Assembly: GCA_002483445.1 (NCBI GenBank)
Contig: DLHY01000065.1
Span: forward strand, 23,336 to 87,335
Direction of reading: 5' to 3'
Length of the DNA stretch: 64,000 bases
Origin: Blastocatellia bacterium UBA7656
GTDB lineage: Bacteria; Acidobacteriota; Blastocatellia; UBA7656
The notes beneath the pieces were generated by a model. The model was not told the origin of the DNA. It saw only the letters and a program-made list of their open reading frames with translations, and made no database searches. Of the stretch, positions 28,266 through 36,977 are shown piece by piece (positions within the stretch are counted from its first letter, which is position 1; every line of letters begins with the position of its first letter). The position numbers were made by a program, and so were the translations under genes.

Positions 28266-30872
28266 ATGGCAAAAAGTGGTTTGCTTCAGAAGGCACTGGC
28301 ATTGGCGCTGGCAGGTTTGTTCATAGCTCCGACGGCGGCATTGGCCGCCGATGGCAAGAAGCACTTCAAGGAAGGATTGAAGTACGAAGAGAATCGCCAG
28401 TGGGACAAGGCCGCCGAGAAATTCGTGATGGCGGTAGCCGAAAAGCCTTCGAACGTCGAGTATCAGTTGCATCTTCAGCGCGCTCTGGTAAACGCCGCCG
28501 TCATGTTAGTCGAGCGCGGCGACCTGCTTGCCGAAAAGAAAGAGTATAACGCCGCGTATCAGTCATACCGGCAGGCTTACGCTTTCGACCGCAACAACGA
28601 GTTTGCGAAGGTGAAGATGCGACGGATGATGGAAGCCCTGGGTCTTCCCATAGATTCCGAAAGCGGCCCGAACAAATCCGCATCAGACGCTAATGTGAAG
28701 ACGAAGTACACGGGCAAAGCTTCTATCCGGGCCATAGATATTCCGGCCACGCGCAAGTTCCAGAAGACCAGCGTCATCTCGCGCGAGCCTACCAGCCTTA
28801 TGTCGTTTATAGAGCAACTGGGCCAGACCATGGACCTCAACGTCGTCTTCGATCAGCAGGTCGTCAATCAGTTGAGAAGCCAGAGGCTCCAGATCGAACT
28901 GCGCGATATCACCTATCCCAAAGCGCTTGAGATAATTCTCAAGACCAACAACCTCATGTATGCGCAACTCGATTCGCGCACGATAGTCATCGCGCTCGAC
29001 AACCCGGCTGCGCGTCAGCGTTACGAGCCTTATGCCGTGCGCACTTTCTACATCAAGAACACCGACGCTACCGAAGTGCGCACCGCCATACAACAGACTC
29101 TGCAGACGAAAAACATTGTCAATGTCAAACAACTCAACGCCCTTATAATCCGCGATACGCCCACCAATCTGGAACTGATCGCGGCGATGATCCGCTCGCT
29201 CGACAAGAGCAAGGCTGAAGTTCTAATCGATGTGAACATCTATGAAGTCACGCACAGCGATATGATTCAAATCGGCAATCAGTTCCTCACTCCCGATCCG
29301 CAGAGAACCGGTCAGGCAATCGATCTCGGCGGGCTGGGCGGATTCGGACAGGGAAGATTCGTCGGCTCTTCGCTGAGAACGGATATGATCAGGGGGGCCA
29401 AGGGATTCGCGCTCGGTATTCCTACCAGTCTCATAAGCTTCTTTCAGGACAAGAGCAAGGCGAAGCTTCTCGCATCGACTCAAATTCATGCGTTCGACAA
29501 TGAGCCGAACGCCATTCGCATAGGCCAGAGAGTACCCATTCGAACTGCAACTTTTCCGACCGGAATCACCTCGGTTCAAAATCCTCCGAACACTCCGGGC
29601 AACCCGAACAACCCGAATAATCCCAACAATCCCAACAATCCCAACTTCAACGGCGGCTTCAGCGGCTTCGGCGCGGAACAGATTCAGTATGAAAACGTCG
29701 GTCTCAACATCGATGTCACGCCGCAGGTGTTCGGAGATGAAATCTACATGAAGATGAAGATCGAATCTTCATCCGTAGACAATCCCAACACGCTCACTCC
29801 GACCTTTTCTCAGCGCACTATGCAATCGAGCGCGCGCATCAAGGACGGACAGCCCACGCTCATTGCGGGGGTGAGCCAGAATCAGGAAGCGAAATCGGTT
29901 CGCGGCATTCCGATCATAGGATTGATCCCGATACTTGGGCGATTCTTCGCCACTCCCAGCACCACGAATCGTCAAAGCGATGTCGTGATAACTGTCACTC
30001 CGCATGTGCTGCGCGCGGCTGACATCACTGAAGAAGACCACCTGGCAAAAGATGCAGGCACGGCCAACGACGCAAATGCGCGACTGACTCTCGAAGAGAT
30101 TCTCTACCTTTCAGACATGGAAGAAACTGAGAAGAGTCAGACGGCAGCCGCGCCCCCTGCTGCCGATACGAGCAAAACGCCGACGACGGTGCCGACCGGA
30201 TTGCAGCCCGCGGGACAGACAAAAGAAGGAGTGGTCGTAACTCCGCCTCCCAGACAGACGATTCAGCCCAGAGTGGAAAACATGGTCGTTCAGAATGTGG
30301 GCGTCGAAGTCAAACCGCCTCCTCGCAAGGGCGAAGAAAACAAGCCTCGCCCGAATGAAGAAACCAAACCTCGCCCCGATGAAGAGCGGACGACTGCTCG
30401 CCGTCCGCCTCCGCCTGATGATGATGACGAAGAAGATGATGAGGAAGACGAGGAAGAAACCGCGCAGGCGCTCGTCACCCTGAGCGTGCGCAGCGCGTCG
30501 GCGGTGGCGACTAAGGGGCAGGACTTCTACGTTGCCATAATCGCCAACGGCAACTCTGAGCTTTACAGCGCAAACCTGTCGCTTTCTTATGACGCCAGCG
30601 TGATCGAAGTCAAGGCTGTGCGCGACGGCGGACTGCTTCGCAATCCATCGCTTCAGTTCCATGCTGAAAACGGATTGCTCAGCATTCAGATGGAGCGTCC
30701 CCAGGGGTCGGGCGGAGTTCCCGCGCGAGGGCAGTTGTTGCTGGTGATTTTCACCGTCAAGGGACAGGGGCAGTCGCCTCTCACGCTCAACGAGGGGCAG
30801 AACTTCCTGCGCACCTCGGCGGGCCAGTTGATCAACGTAAGACTTCAATCCTCTCAGATCGAGGTGAGATGA
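28266..30872 (+). CDS. secretin (GspD/PilQ family) with N-terminal TPR-like region and C-terminal cohesin-like domain
   Basis: Signal peptide. Secretin core (VLIDVNIYEV...KLLASTQIHAFDNEPNAIRIGQRVPI...GLNIDVTPQV...IPIIGLIPILGRFF...VVITVTPHVL). Then a Pro/acidic linker (PPPPDDDDEEDDEEDEEE) and a beta-sandwich-like tail (FYVAIIANGNSELYSANLSLSYDASVIEVKAV). Confidence 0.85.
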   Translation: MAKSGLLQKALALALAGLFIAPTAALAADGKKHFKEGLKYEENRQWDKAAEKFVMAVAEKPSNVEYQLHLQRALVNAAVMLVERGDLLAEKKEYNAAYQSYRQAYAFDRNNEFAKVKMRRMMEALGLPIDSESGPNKSASDANVKTKYTGKASIRAIDIPATRKFQKTSVISREPTSLMSFIEQLGQTMDLNVVFDQQVVNQLRSQRLQIELRDITYPKALEIILKTNNLMYAQLDSRTIVIALDNPAARQRYEPYAVRTFYIKNTDATEVRTAIQQTLQTKNIVNVKQLNALIIRDTPTNLELIAAMIRSLDKSKAEVLIDVNIYEVTHSDMIQIGNQFLTPDPQRTGQAIDLGGLGGFGQGRFVGSSLRTDMIRGAKGFALGIPTSLISFFQDKSKAKLLASTQIHAFDNEPNAIRIGQRVPIRTATFPTGITSVQNPPNTPGNPNNPNNPNNPNNPNFNGGFSGFGAEQIQYENVGLNIDVTPQVFGDEIYMKMKIESSSVDNPNTLTPTFSQRTMQSSARIKDGQPTLIAGVSQNQEAKSVRGIPIIGLIPILGRFFATPSTTNRQSDVVITVTPHVLRAADITEEDHLAKDAGTANDANARLTLEEILYLSDMEETEKSQTAAAPPAADTSKTPTTVPTGLQPAGQTKEGVVVTPPPRQTIQPRVENMVVQNVGVEVKPPPRKGEENKPRPNEETKPRPDEERTTARRPPPPDDDDEEDDEEDEEETAQALVTLSVRSASAVATKGQDFYVAIIANGNSELYSANLSLSYDASVIEVKAVRDGGLLRNPSLQFHAENGLLSIQMERPQGSGGVPARGQLLLVIFTVKGQGQSPLTLNEGQNFLRTSAGQLINVRLQSSQIEVR

Positions 30873-30876
30873 AGCG

Positions 30877-31356
30877 ATGCACAAACGGCAGGGCGGTTTC
30901 ACGCTGCTCGAAATCATCATAGTGATAACGATTCTCGCGGTGCTGACCACAGCCGCTATTCCCATGGTTCGCAATTCGGTCAAGCGCGAGCGCGAGATAG
31001 AACTGAGGCTTGCGCTCAGGGAACTGCGTCGGGCCATTGACGCCTACAAGCTCTACCACGACCAGACAGGCGGCGGGGCCATACCCATAGAGTGGAAGAC
31101 GCCGAGCGGCTATCCCAAAACGCTTGAAATCCTCGTAGAAGGATTCATACCGGCAAACCTCGTCGGCACGAGCGGCAATCTCAAGCGATTCCTGCGGCGC
31201 ATTCCCATCAATCCGATGACCGGAGACACGGAATGGGCGCTGCGCTCTTACAAGGACAAACCGGATTCGACTTCCTGGGGCGGCGAGGATGTTTTCGATG
31301 TTTACTGCAAAAGCGACCAGATCGCGCTCAACGGCTCGAAGTATAGTGACTGGTGA
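30877..31356 (+). CDS. GspG-like major pseudopilin
   Basis: RQGGFTLLEIIIVITILAVLTTAAIP prepilin motif, followed by GspG-type ELRLALRELRRAIDAYK and RIPINPMTG. Confidence 0.8.
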   Translation: MHKRQGGFTLLEIIIVITILAVLTTAAIPMVRNSVKREREIELRLALRELRRAIDAYKLYHDQTGGGAIPIEWKTPSGYPKTLEILVEGFIPANLVGTSGNLKRFLRRIPINPMTGDTEWALRSYKDKPDSTSWGGEDVFDVYCKSDQIALNGSKYSDW

Positions 31357-31373
31357 AGTGATGAGTGATGAGT
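31353..31373. repeat. GTGAAGT GATGAGT GATGAGT heptamer array starting at the stop codon
   Basis: The TGA stop of the pseudopilin gene (31354-31356) is inside the first unit. This is the same unit family as the arrays at 31830 and 32260. Confidence 0.9.
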
Positions 31374-31408
31374 AAAAAAATTTCAACGCTCGTCGGTTGT
31401 GAAGAAGT

Positions 31409-31828
31409 ATGAAAAGCATTATCAGAAAATCGAATTCTCCGCTGGCGGCTCGGCAGCATGGATTCACTTTGCTTGAACTCATAATGGTGATGACCATCAT
31501 GGTCATACTCGTGGCGGTCAGTGTGAGCGCCTATCAGCAGATTCAACTCAAGGCGAAGGAGACCATACTCAAAGAAAACCTTCGCGTGATGCGGCGGGCC
31601 ATAGATATGTACGCCGCCGACAAGGAGCAGTTGCCGCAATCGGTCGAAGACCTGGCAACGGCGGGCTATATTCGCGCTGTGCCGATTGATCCCATAACAG
31701 ACCAGGCCGACTGGTCTGTGGAGACGGGCGAAGACACTGTAGCGCGCGAAGGCGGAGAGGGAATGGTCGACGTTCGCAGCAGCGCCGAGGGTACGGGGAC
31801 GGACGGCAGAGCTTACAGGGAATACTGA
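31409..31828 (+). CDS. GspG-like pseudopilin (second copy)
   Basis: RQHGFTLLELIMVMTIMVILVAVSV prepilin motif, LRVMRRAIDMYAADK and VPIDPITD. Confidence 0.8.
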   Translation: MKSIIRKSNSPLAARQHGFTLLELIMVMTIMVILVAVSVSAYQQIQLKAKETILKENLRVMRRAIDMYAADKEQLPQSVEDLATAGYIRAVPIDPITDQADWSVETGEDTVAREGGEGMVDVRSSAEGTGTDGRAYREY

Positions 31829-31829
31829 A

Positions 31830-31857
31830 GTGATGAGTGATGAGTGATGAGTGATGA
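31830..31857. repeat. (GTGATGA) x4 perfect tandem array, left arm of a 28-bp inverted repeat
   Basis: Four exact heptamers begin 2 nt after the TGA at 31826-31828. They contain the GTG/ATG start of the next gene. TGA, ATG and GTG occur in all three frames. Confidence 0.95.
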
Positions 31858-32234
31858 GCGGGAGAATAGAGAGATTTGAAGATTTCATCGCGTGGCAAAA
31901 AGCGCGCAAGCTGACCGCTGCTATTTACAAAGTTACCGATCAGGGAAAGTTCTCGCGGGATTACGGACTCAGAGACCAGATTCGTCGAGCCGCTGTTTCC
32001 ATAATGTCAAACATTGCCGAAGGGTTTGAGAGAGGGCGAGCTTCCGAATTCCACCAATTCATTTCTATCGCTAAAGCGTCCTGCGCCGAAGTGCGCTCGC
32101 AGCTTTATGTGGCGATGGATGCCGGTTACCTCGATCAGGAATCTTTCGACGTTTTGCACGAGCAGGCGAAGGAAGTCGGGAGAATCATTGGTGGACTCCG
32201 CGCTTCCGTAGAAAGGAAACGAGACGAGCGATGA
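31854..32234 (+). CDS. four-helix-bundle protein (23S rRNA intervening-sequence / Avd-like family)
   Basis: [13 protein letters not shown]...[50 protein letters not shown] matches the family signature (W-Q-x-A, Q-x-x-R-A-x-x-S-I-x-x-N-I-A-E-G, F-x-x-I-A-x-x-S-x-x-E). Confidence 0.88.
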   Translation: MSGRIERFEDFIAWQKARKLTAAIYKVTDQGKFSRDYGLRDQIRRAAVSIMSNIAEGFERGRASEFHQFISIAKASCAEVRSQLYVAMDAGYLDQESFDVLHEQAKEVGRIIGGLRASVERKRDER

Positions 32235-32259
32235 ATGATGAACGGTGAGGAATAAACAC

Positions 32260-32287
32260 TCATCACTCATCACTCATCACTCATCAC
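32260..32287. repeat. (TCATCAC) x4 perfect tandem array, right arm of the 28-bp inverted repeat
   Basis: It is the exact reverse complement of 31830-31857. It ends 7 nt before the ATG of the PilM-like gene (32295). Confidence 0.95.
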
Positions 32288-32294
32288 TTAAAAA

Positions 32295-33233
32295 ATGTCA
32301 GTTCTTCAGAAATACCTTTTCACTCCACATGCGCCGAACACGGCGGCAGGTTTCACGGACGACAGTTTTTCGGTAGTCGATCTCGGTCGGGGTCGCGGCG
32401 CATTCTCACTGGCGTCGAGCGCAGTGACCGAATTGCCTCGCGGAGTCCTGAGCGCGTCTTTCGATGAGCCGAATATTCAAAACCGGGATGAACTGATAGA
32501 TATCATGCTCGGCACGGTGGAGGCCGCCGGACTTCGCAATAAAAAGCGATGGTCGGTCGCCCTGCCCGAAGGCGCGGCGCGAACCCTAATCGTCGCGCTT
32601 GAGAGCAAACCTTCAAGCCGGAAGGAACTTTCCGAAGTGCTTTCGTGGAAAATAGAGCGCGTGATAGCCGCTCCCGCTTCCCAGTTGCGAGTGAGCCGAC
32701 AGCGGCTTTCGCGCGAAGCGGGACAGGAACGTTATCTCGTCACGGTAGCGCACGAAGAAGTCATCGCCGAATATGAAGATATATTCGAGGCCATAGGCTG
32801 GCAGGCAGGACTGATCGCGCCGCGACATCTGGGCGAGGCGCAATGGCTTGCATGGGCCGATTCCGCAGGCGAAGGCATGATGATATCGGCCAACCGTCTG
32901 GGGTTCAGCGGAGTGATAGTCAAAGGCGGCGAGCCTGTGATGGTGCGAGTCTCGACATGCGAGCCTGAAGCGAGGATAGATGAACTGCACCGATTCGCGC
33001 TCTATTATCGCGACCGCGTTGAAGAATCGAGCAAAGCAGCGGTAGAGATGAACTGCCTGCTGGTGCTGGGCGACATTGACGAAAATGAAGCGCAAAGCGC
33101 AGTCGCAGACGCGCTCGGCAATCGCCCGCGGCTGATCTCGGCAGCCGGGTTCGGATTCGATCTCGCGGGCCAGCCTATAAAATTCGAGCAACTGGCCGCA
33201 GCCGCAGGACTAGCGACGATGGCATGGCAATGA
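32295..33233 (+). CDS. PilM/GspL-like pilus assembly protein (actin-like fold, tentative)
   Basis: Position after the pseudopilins. The N-terminal pattern (FSVVDLGRGRGAFSLASSAVTELPRGVL...) and the size (312 aa) resemble PilM-type proteins. No strong motif recognised. Confidence 0.45.
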   Translation: MSVLQKYLFTPHAPNTAAGFTDDSFSVVDLGRGRGAFSLASSAVTELPRGVLSASFDEPNIQNRDELIDIMLGTVEAAGLRNKKRWSVALPEGAARTLIVALESKPSSRKELSEVLSWKIERVIAAPASQLRVSRQRLSREAGQERYLVTVAHEEVIAEYEDIFEAIGWQAGLIAPRHLGEAQWLAWADSAGEGMMISANRLGFSGVIVKGGEPVMVRVSTCEPEARIDELHRFALYYRDRVEESSKAAVEMNCLLVLGDIDENEAQSAVADALGNRPRLISAAGFGFDLAGQPIKFEQLAAAAGLATMAWQ

Positions 33234-33237
33234 TTCA

Positions 33238-33453
33238 TGGAAGAACCTAAACCTCTTACCCGGCAGTGTCCTCACTGTGCGGCAGACGCTCGATATGCAT
33301 GTGCAGTTGTTCAAAAGTTACTATAACCTCTGCCTTGCACATCCGAGCCTGAAAGGTCAGACGCCAGCACAAGGAGCCTGCCTGACCTCTCATCAATGGA
33401 GTGTGCGAGAGTTGTTAACTTTCGGCGCTTCCAATATTTCAAAGATCACGTAG
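33238..33453 (+). pseudogene. C-terminal relic of a DDE transposase/integrase
   Basis: Frame 1 reads WKNLNLLPGSVLTVRQTLDMHVQLFKSYYNLCLAHPSLKGQTPAQGACLTSHQWSVRELLTFG and then a stop. This is the characteristic YN-x-x-R/L-x-H-x-S-L-x-G-x-T-P-A...W-S-x-x-E-L-L tail of several IS families. There is no catalytic core or start codon. Confidence 0.5.
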
Positions 33454-33468
33454 GGAGTACCTGCGCTT

Positions 33469-36400
33469 TCACGACAGCAATAATTCCAAGTCTTCGCGGG
33501 CCAGAGTGCGTAGGAGTGAGTTGTCCGCGTTGATGATCGCGTCGGCCAGGTCGCGCTTGGTCTTCTGAAGCTCAAGCACTTTTTCTTCAACCGTGTCGCG
33601 GGCGATCAAGCGATAAGCGAATACCTGCTCCCTCTGGCCTATGCGATGCGCGCGGTCTATGGCCTGCGCCTCGACAGCCGGATTCCACCACGGGTCGAGC
33701 AGAAAAACATACTCCGCCGCCGTGAGATTCAATCCCAAACCGCCCGCCTTGAGGCTTATCAGAAACAAGCGACAGTCCGGGTCGTTTTGAAACCGATTCA
33801 CTTTCGATTGTCGGTCGCGCGTCTTCCCGTCGAGATATTCGTAAACGATCTGCTCTTCATCGAGGCGGCTGCGAAGTATCGAGAGAAAACTCGTGAACTG
33901 AGAGAAGACCAGCGCCTTGTGGCCCTCGTCTATGACCTCCGAAATCTGCGGCACCAGGACATCGAGCTTCGCGCTGGGCTGGGCGAATTTCATTTTATCG
34001 ATCAGTCCCGGATGACAGGCGGCCTGTCGCAATCGGAGCAGTGCTTCGAGTATTTGAATCTTCGCTCTCCCCATCCCGCTCTTTTCTACGAGGCCCAGAA
34101 GCGAACTGCGATAATGATCGCGAAGCTCGTCGTAAAGTTTTCGCTGCGTCTCTTCCATATCGCAGTAAATAGTCTGCTCGATCTTCGCGGGCAGTTCTTT
34201 GGCCACCTGTTCTTTCGTTCGGCGAAGTATGAACGGGCGCAATCCTTTGGCGAGCAGTTGGCGGGTGTCCTCATCGGGATTGCGCGAGTTGCCGAGTTGA
34301 AAAACCGAAGCCGCGCCCAGGAGTCCCGGATTGAGGAATTCGAACAGGCTCCACAATTCGCCCAGATGGTTTTCTATCGGCGTGCCGCTCAAGGCGAGCT
34401 TGTAATTTCCGCGAAGCAGGCGCGCGGCTTTCGCCGATTCCGAAGAAGCGTTTTTGATCGCCTGCGCTTCGTCGAGTATGACGTAATCGAAATGGAAATC
34501 CTTGAAGTCGAGCGCGTCTCGTCGAAGAGTGCCATAAGTGGTGATGACGAAATCGTAATCTTTGAAGTGGTCGCATCCTTTGACGCGCTTCATCCCCGTA
34601 TGATCGAGCGCGCGCAGATGAGGAGTGAAGCGCGCGGCTTCCTCCATCCAGTTGAAGACGAGCGAGCGCGGGACGACGACCAGCGAAGGCGCTACAGGTG
34701 TTCCATTATTCTTTCGCTTCGATTTCTGTTTCGCTCTCATCTCCCTTCTCGCTTCAAGCAGCGCAAGCACCTGCACGGTTTTACCAAGTCCCATGTCATC
34801 TGCCAGACAGCCGCCAAAGCCGAATCGCTGAAGAAATGAGATCCAGCCGAGACCTTCCTTCTGATAGCTGCGCAACTCGCCCTCGAAGCCTTCGGTCGCT
34901 TCCTGAGCGCGGATGCCGTCGAAGGTCTGCAACTCGTGGCGGGCGCGGGCGAACGTCTCATCGAAACTCACACTCGGTTGCGAGGCGAGCAGCGCGTCGA
35001 GCAATCCCGTCTGGCTTCGTTTGAATCGGAGGCTTTCGCCTTCGACCTCTCCCAATCCGGCGAGCATACCGTATTTTTTCAGCCACTCTTCGGGCAATAG
35101 TCCGAAAGTCCCGTCGTCGAGTTGAACGGTGTTTTCACCGCGACGAAGCGCGGCCAGAAGTGTGGGAAGGCTTGCGCTCACGCCTCCGAAATCGACTACT
35201 CCGTTGAGATCGAACCAGTCGATGCCTGAAGTGACTTCCATTCGGAATTCGCCCGGCTGGCGATAGAGCTTGCCTTCGGCTTCGACCAGCCATCCTTCGG
35301 ATACAAGCTCGCGCGCCGCTTTCGGCAACTTGCTCGGCGAAAGCTCAAGCACAGGGCCTACGGAGTAGTAACTGTTTTGCTTGAATCCGGCCCGCGACAA
35401 TCGATCCGCGAATCGCCTCTCGGCATCCTTGTCGCGAAGCATCAGTTGCCGCGTCTCGCGATTGAACAGGCCGTGACTGGCCTCGCTGCGCGAGACTATC
35501 CTTCCGTCGTAATCGAAAGAAAGCTCGCCCCACAGAGTCTCATTCCCCCTGTAAGAAAATCGCGACTCTCCCTTTTTTACTTTCAGCCTCGGCTTGGGCG
35601 TCACCTGGATTTCTTCGAATTTCAACTCATCAGGCAAATCCATCGCGGGCAGGCGCGGCATCTGAAGCAGTTCTTCAAGAAGATCATCCGCATGATTCAT
35701 CGGCGCATAAAGCGCGCCCTGTTTTCGCAAATAGCCTATCCATGGGAATGCGCCGCCGTCATCGAGGCGGGCCACTCGGTCTTGAAAAAACACGAGTCCG
35801 CCCGTCACCATCAGCACGGGCGCGGACAACTCCACGCGCTCATCGCCTCGATGGAGCGAGCCGGTGATGACTAACTGGTTGCTGGCTTCGCCCATTCGCG
35901 CTGCCAGCCTGAACTCCCACCGAGGGCCATCGTCCCACTCTAAAACGGAAGGAGCAGGGTCGAATGAATCACGTCGCAGCCAGCAGCGACCGGTCGCGCA
36001 CATCATCGGCACAAGGGTTTGTTCGAGCGGATGACGGAGCTTGTACCGCGAAGGAGTCCGTGAATAGTATGAAGAGTAGTAATAACCCGACGAGTAGGAG
36101 TCGGTATCCGCGCCTTTCATCAGAGAGAGAATCGAGAGGTCGGACGCAGGCAGATCAGTCGTTCGATCCAACTCGAATCCTCTCGCCTTCGGAATGCTCC
36201 ACTCGCCGTTTTTCTTTCGCGAGCGCAAAGCAGTTTCGACCATGAGGCTCTGGCCCTTGAGCGTGAGATCGACATCGATCAGGTAAAGAATCTCTTTGTC
36301 AGTCGATTCTGCGGCGACCGAAGCGGGAGGAGATTCCCTCAATGCTTTGGATAACTGAGCGAGTTGTTGTTTCCATGCCTGTGGCTTCGGCGGTTTGTCA

Positions 36401-36789
36401 GCAGGTGATGTGGACGCGCTTGCGCGAAACCGCACGGGACGGCTTTCGTCATAGTCATCATCATAGTCATCGTCCTCATCATAAATGATGCGCGCGGGCG
36501 TTGAATCCGCGTCGGAGAGATAGCCGCCGCTTTCGGCTTTTAGCATCGTCGCCCAGATGTGTTTGCAGACCTCGACGTTGTCATCGAAGTAGGGACAGTC
36601 GCAATCGACCACCAGCCCGTTATCGGCGATTTCGAGGTTCACCTCATAGTTGCTCGTGCCGCGAACTCTCGCTCTGACCGAATCATCGCGCCCTTTGGTT
36701 ATCGATACTCTTCCCTGACGGAAATACTGTTCTCCGCGCCCTCTTATGACGCTATCGACGAGTCTGGAAAATTTCTTTGTAAGCCACAT
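33469..36789 (-). CDS. SNF2-family helicase with N-terminal SWIM zinc finger
   Basis: SWIM motif CDCPYFDDNVEVCKHIWA. Helicase motifs LADDMGLGKTVQ (I), ILDEAQAIKN (II, DEAQ), ALSGTPIEN (III), and the C-terminal block LISLKAGGLGLNLTAA...DPWWNPAVEAQAIDRAHRIGQ. Confidence 0.92.
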   Translation of the reverse strand: MWLTKKFSRLVDSVIRGRGEQYFRQGRVSITKGRDDSVRARVRGTSNYEVNLEIADNGLVVDCDCPYFDDNVEVCKHIWATMLKAESGGYLSDADSTPARIIYDEDDDYDDDYDESRPVRFRASASTSPADKPPKPQAWKQQLAQLSKALRESPPASVAAESTDKEILYLIDVDLTLKGQSLMVETALRSRKKNGEWSIPKARGFELDRTTDLPASDLSILSLMKGADTDSYSSGYYYSSYYSRTPSRYKLRHPLEQTLVPMMCATGRCWLRRDSFDPAPSVLEWDDGPRWEFRLAARMGEASNQLVITGSLHRGDERVELSAPVLMVTGGLVFFQDRVARLDDGGAFPWIGYLRKQGALYAPMNHADDLLEELLQMPRLPAMDLPDELKFEEIQVTPKPRLKVKKGESRFSYRGNETLWGELSFDYDGRIVSRSEASHGLFNRETRQLMLRDKDAERRFADRLSRAGFKQNSYYSVGPVLELSPSKLPKAARELVSEGWLVEAEGKLYRQPGEFRMEVTSGIDWFDLNGVVDFGGVSASLPTLLAALRRGENTVQLDDGTFGLLPEEWLKKYGMLAGLGEVEGESLRFKRSQTGLLDALLASQPSVSFDETFARARHELQTFDGIRAQEATEGFEGELRSYQKEGLGWISFLQRFGFGGCLADDMGLGKTVQVLALLEARREMRAKQKSKRKNNGTPVAPSLVVVPRSLVFNWMEEAARFTPHLRALDHTGMKRVKGCDHFKDYDFVITTYGTLRRDALDFKDFHFDYVILDEAQAIKNASSESAKAARLLRGNYKLALSGTPIENHLGELWSLFEFLNPGLLGAASVFQLGNSRNPDEDTRQLLAKGLRPFILRRTKEQVAKELPAKIEQTIYCDMEETQRKLYDELRDHYRSSLLGLVEKSGMGRAKIQILEALLRLRQAACHPGLIDKMKFAQPSAKLDVLVPQISEVIDEGHKALVFSQFTSFLSILRSRLDEEQIVYEYLDGKTRDRQSKVNRFQNDPDCRLFLISLKAGGLGLNLTAAEYVFLLDPWWNPAVEAQAIDRAHRIGQREQVFAYRLIARDTVEEKVLELQKTKRDLADAIINADNSLLRTLAREDLELLLS

Positions 36790-36977
36790 GAATCACCTCT
36801 GACGCAGGCCACAAACAGACATCAAACCAAATTCAGGTTGTAATTTCAAGCTGAGGAAAATTCGTCGCCTGCATTTACATTTTGCCCTCCTGATGGCTTA
36901 TGCTATGGCTCTCGCTCAAGGCGACCGCAATCGCTCTGCGGTCGCTAACATCAACACTTCGCATGAAAGAGGTTTCT

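Noticed and set aside
31854-32234. Avd-like four-helix-bundle genes as markers of a diversity-generating retroelement
   Set aside because: No reverse transcriptase gene and no template/variable repeat pair (an adenine-specific mismatched ~100-nt duplicate) could be found near either copy. They are stand-alone family members.
33646-34839. 397-aa ORF antisense to the SNF2 helicase. Similar long antisense ORFs occur at 9033-9839, 11816-12652, 41726-42511 and 54963-55829
   Set aside because: Each lies opposite a gene with clear family motifs. These are shadow ORFs caused by codon bias, and none has independent support.
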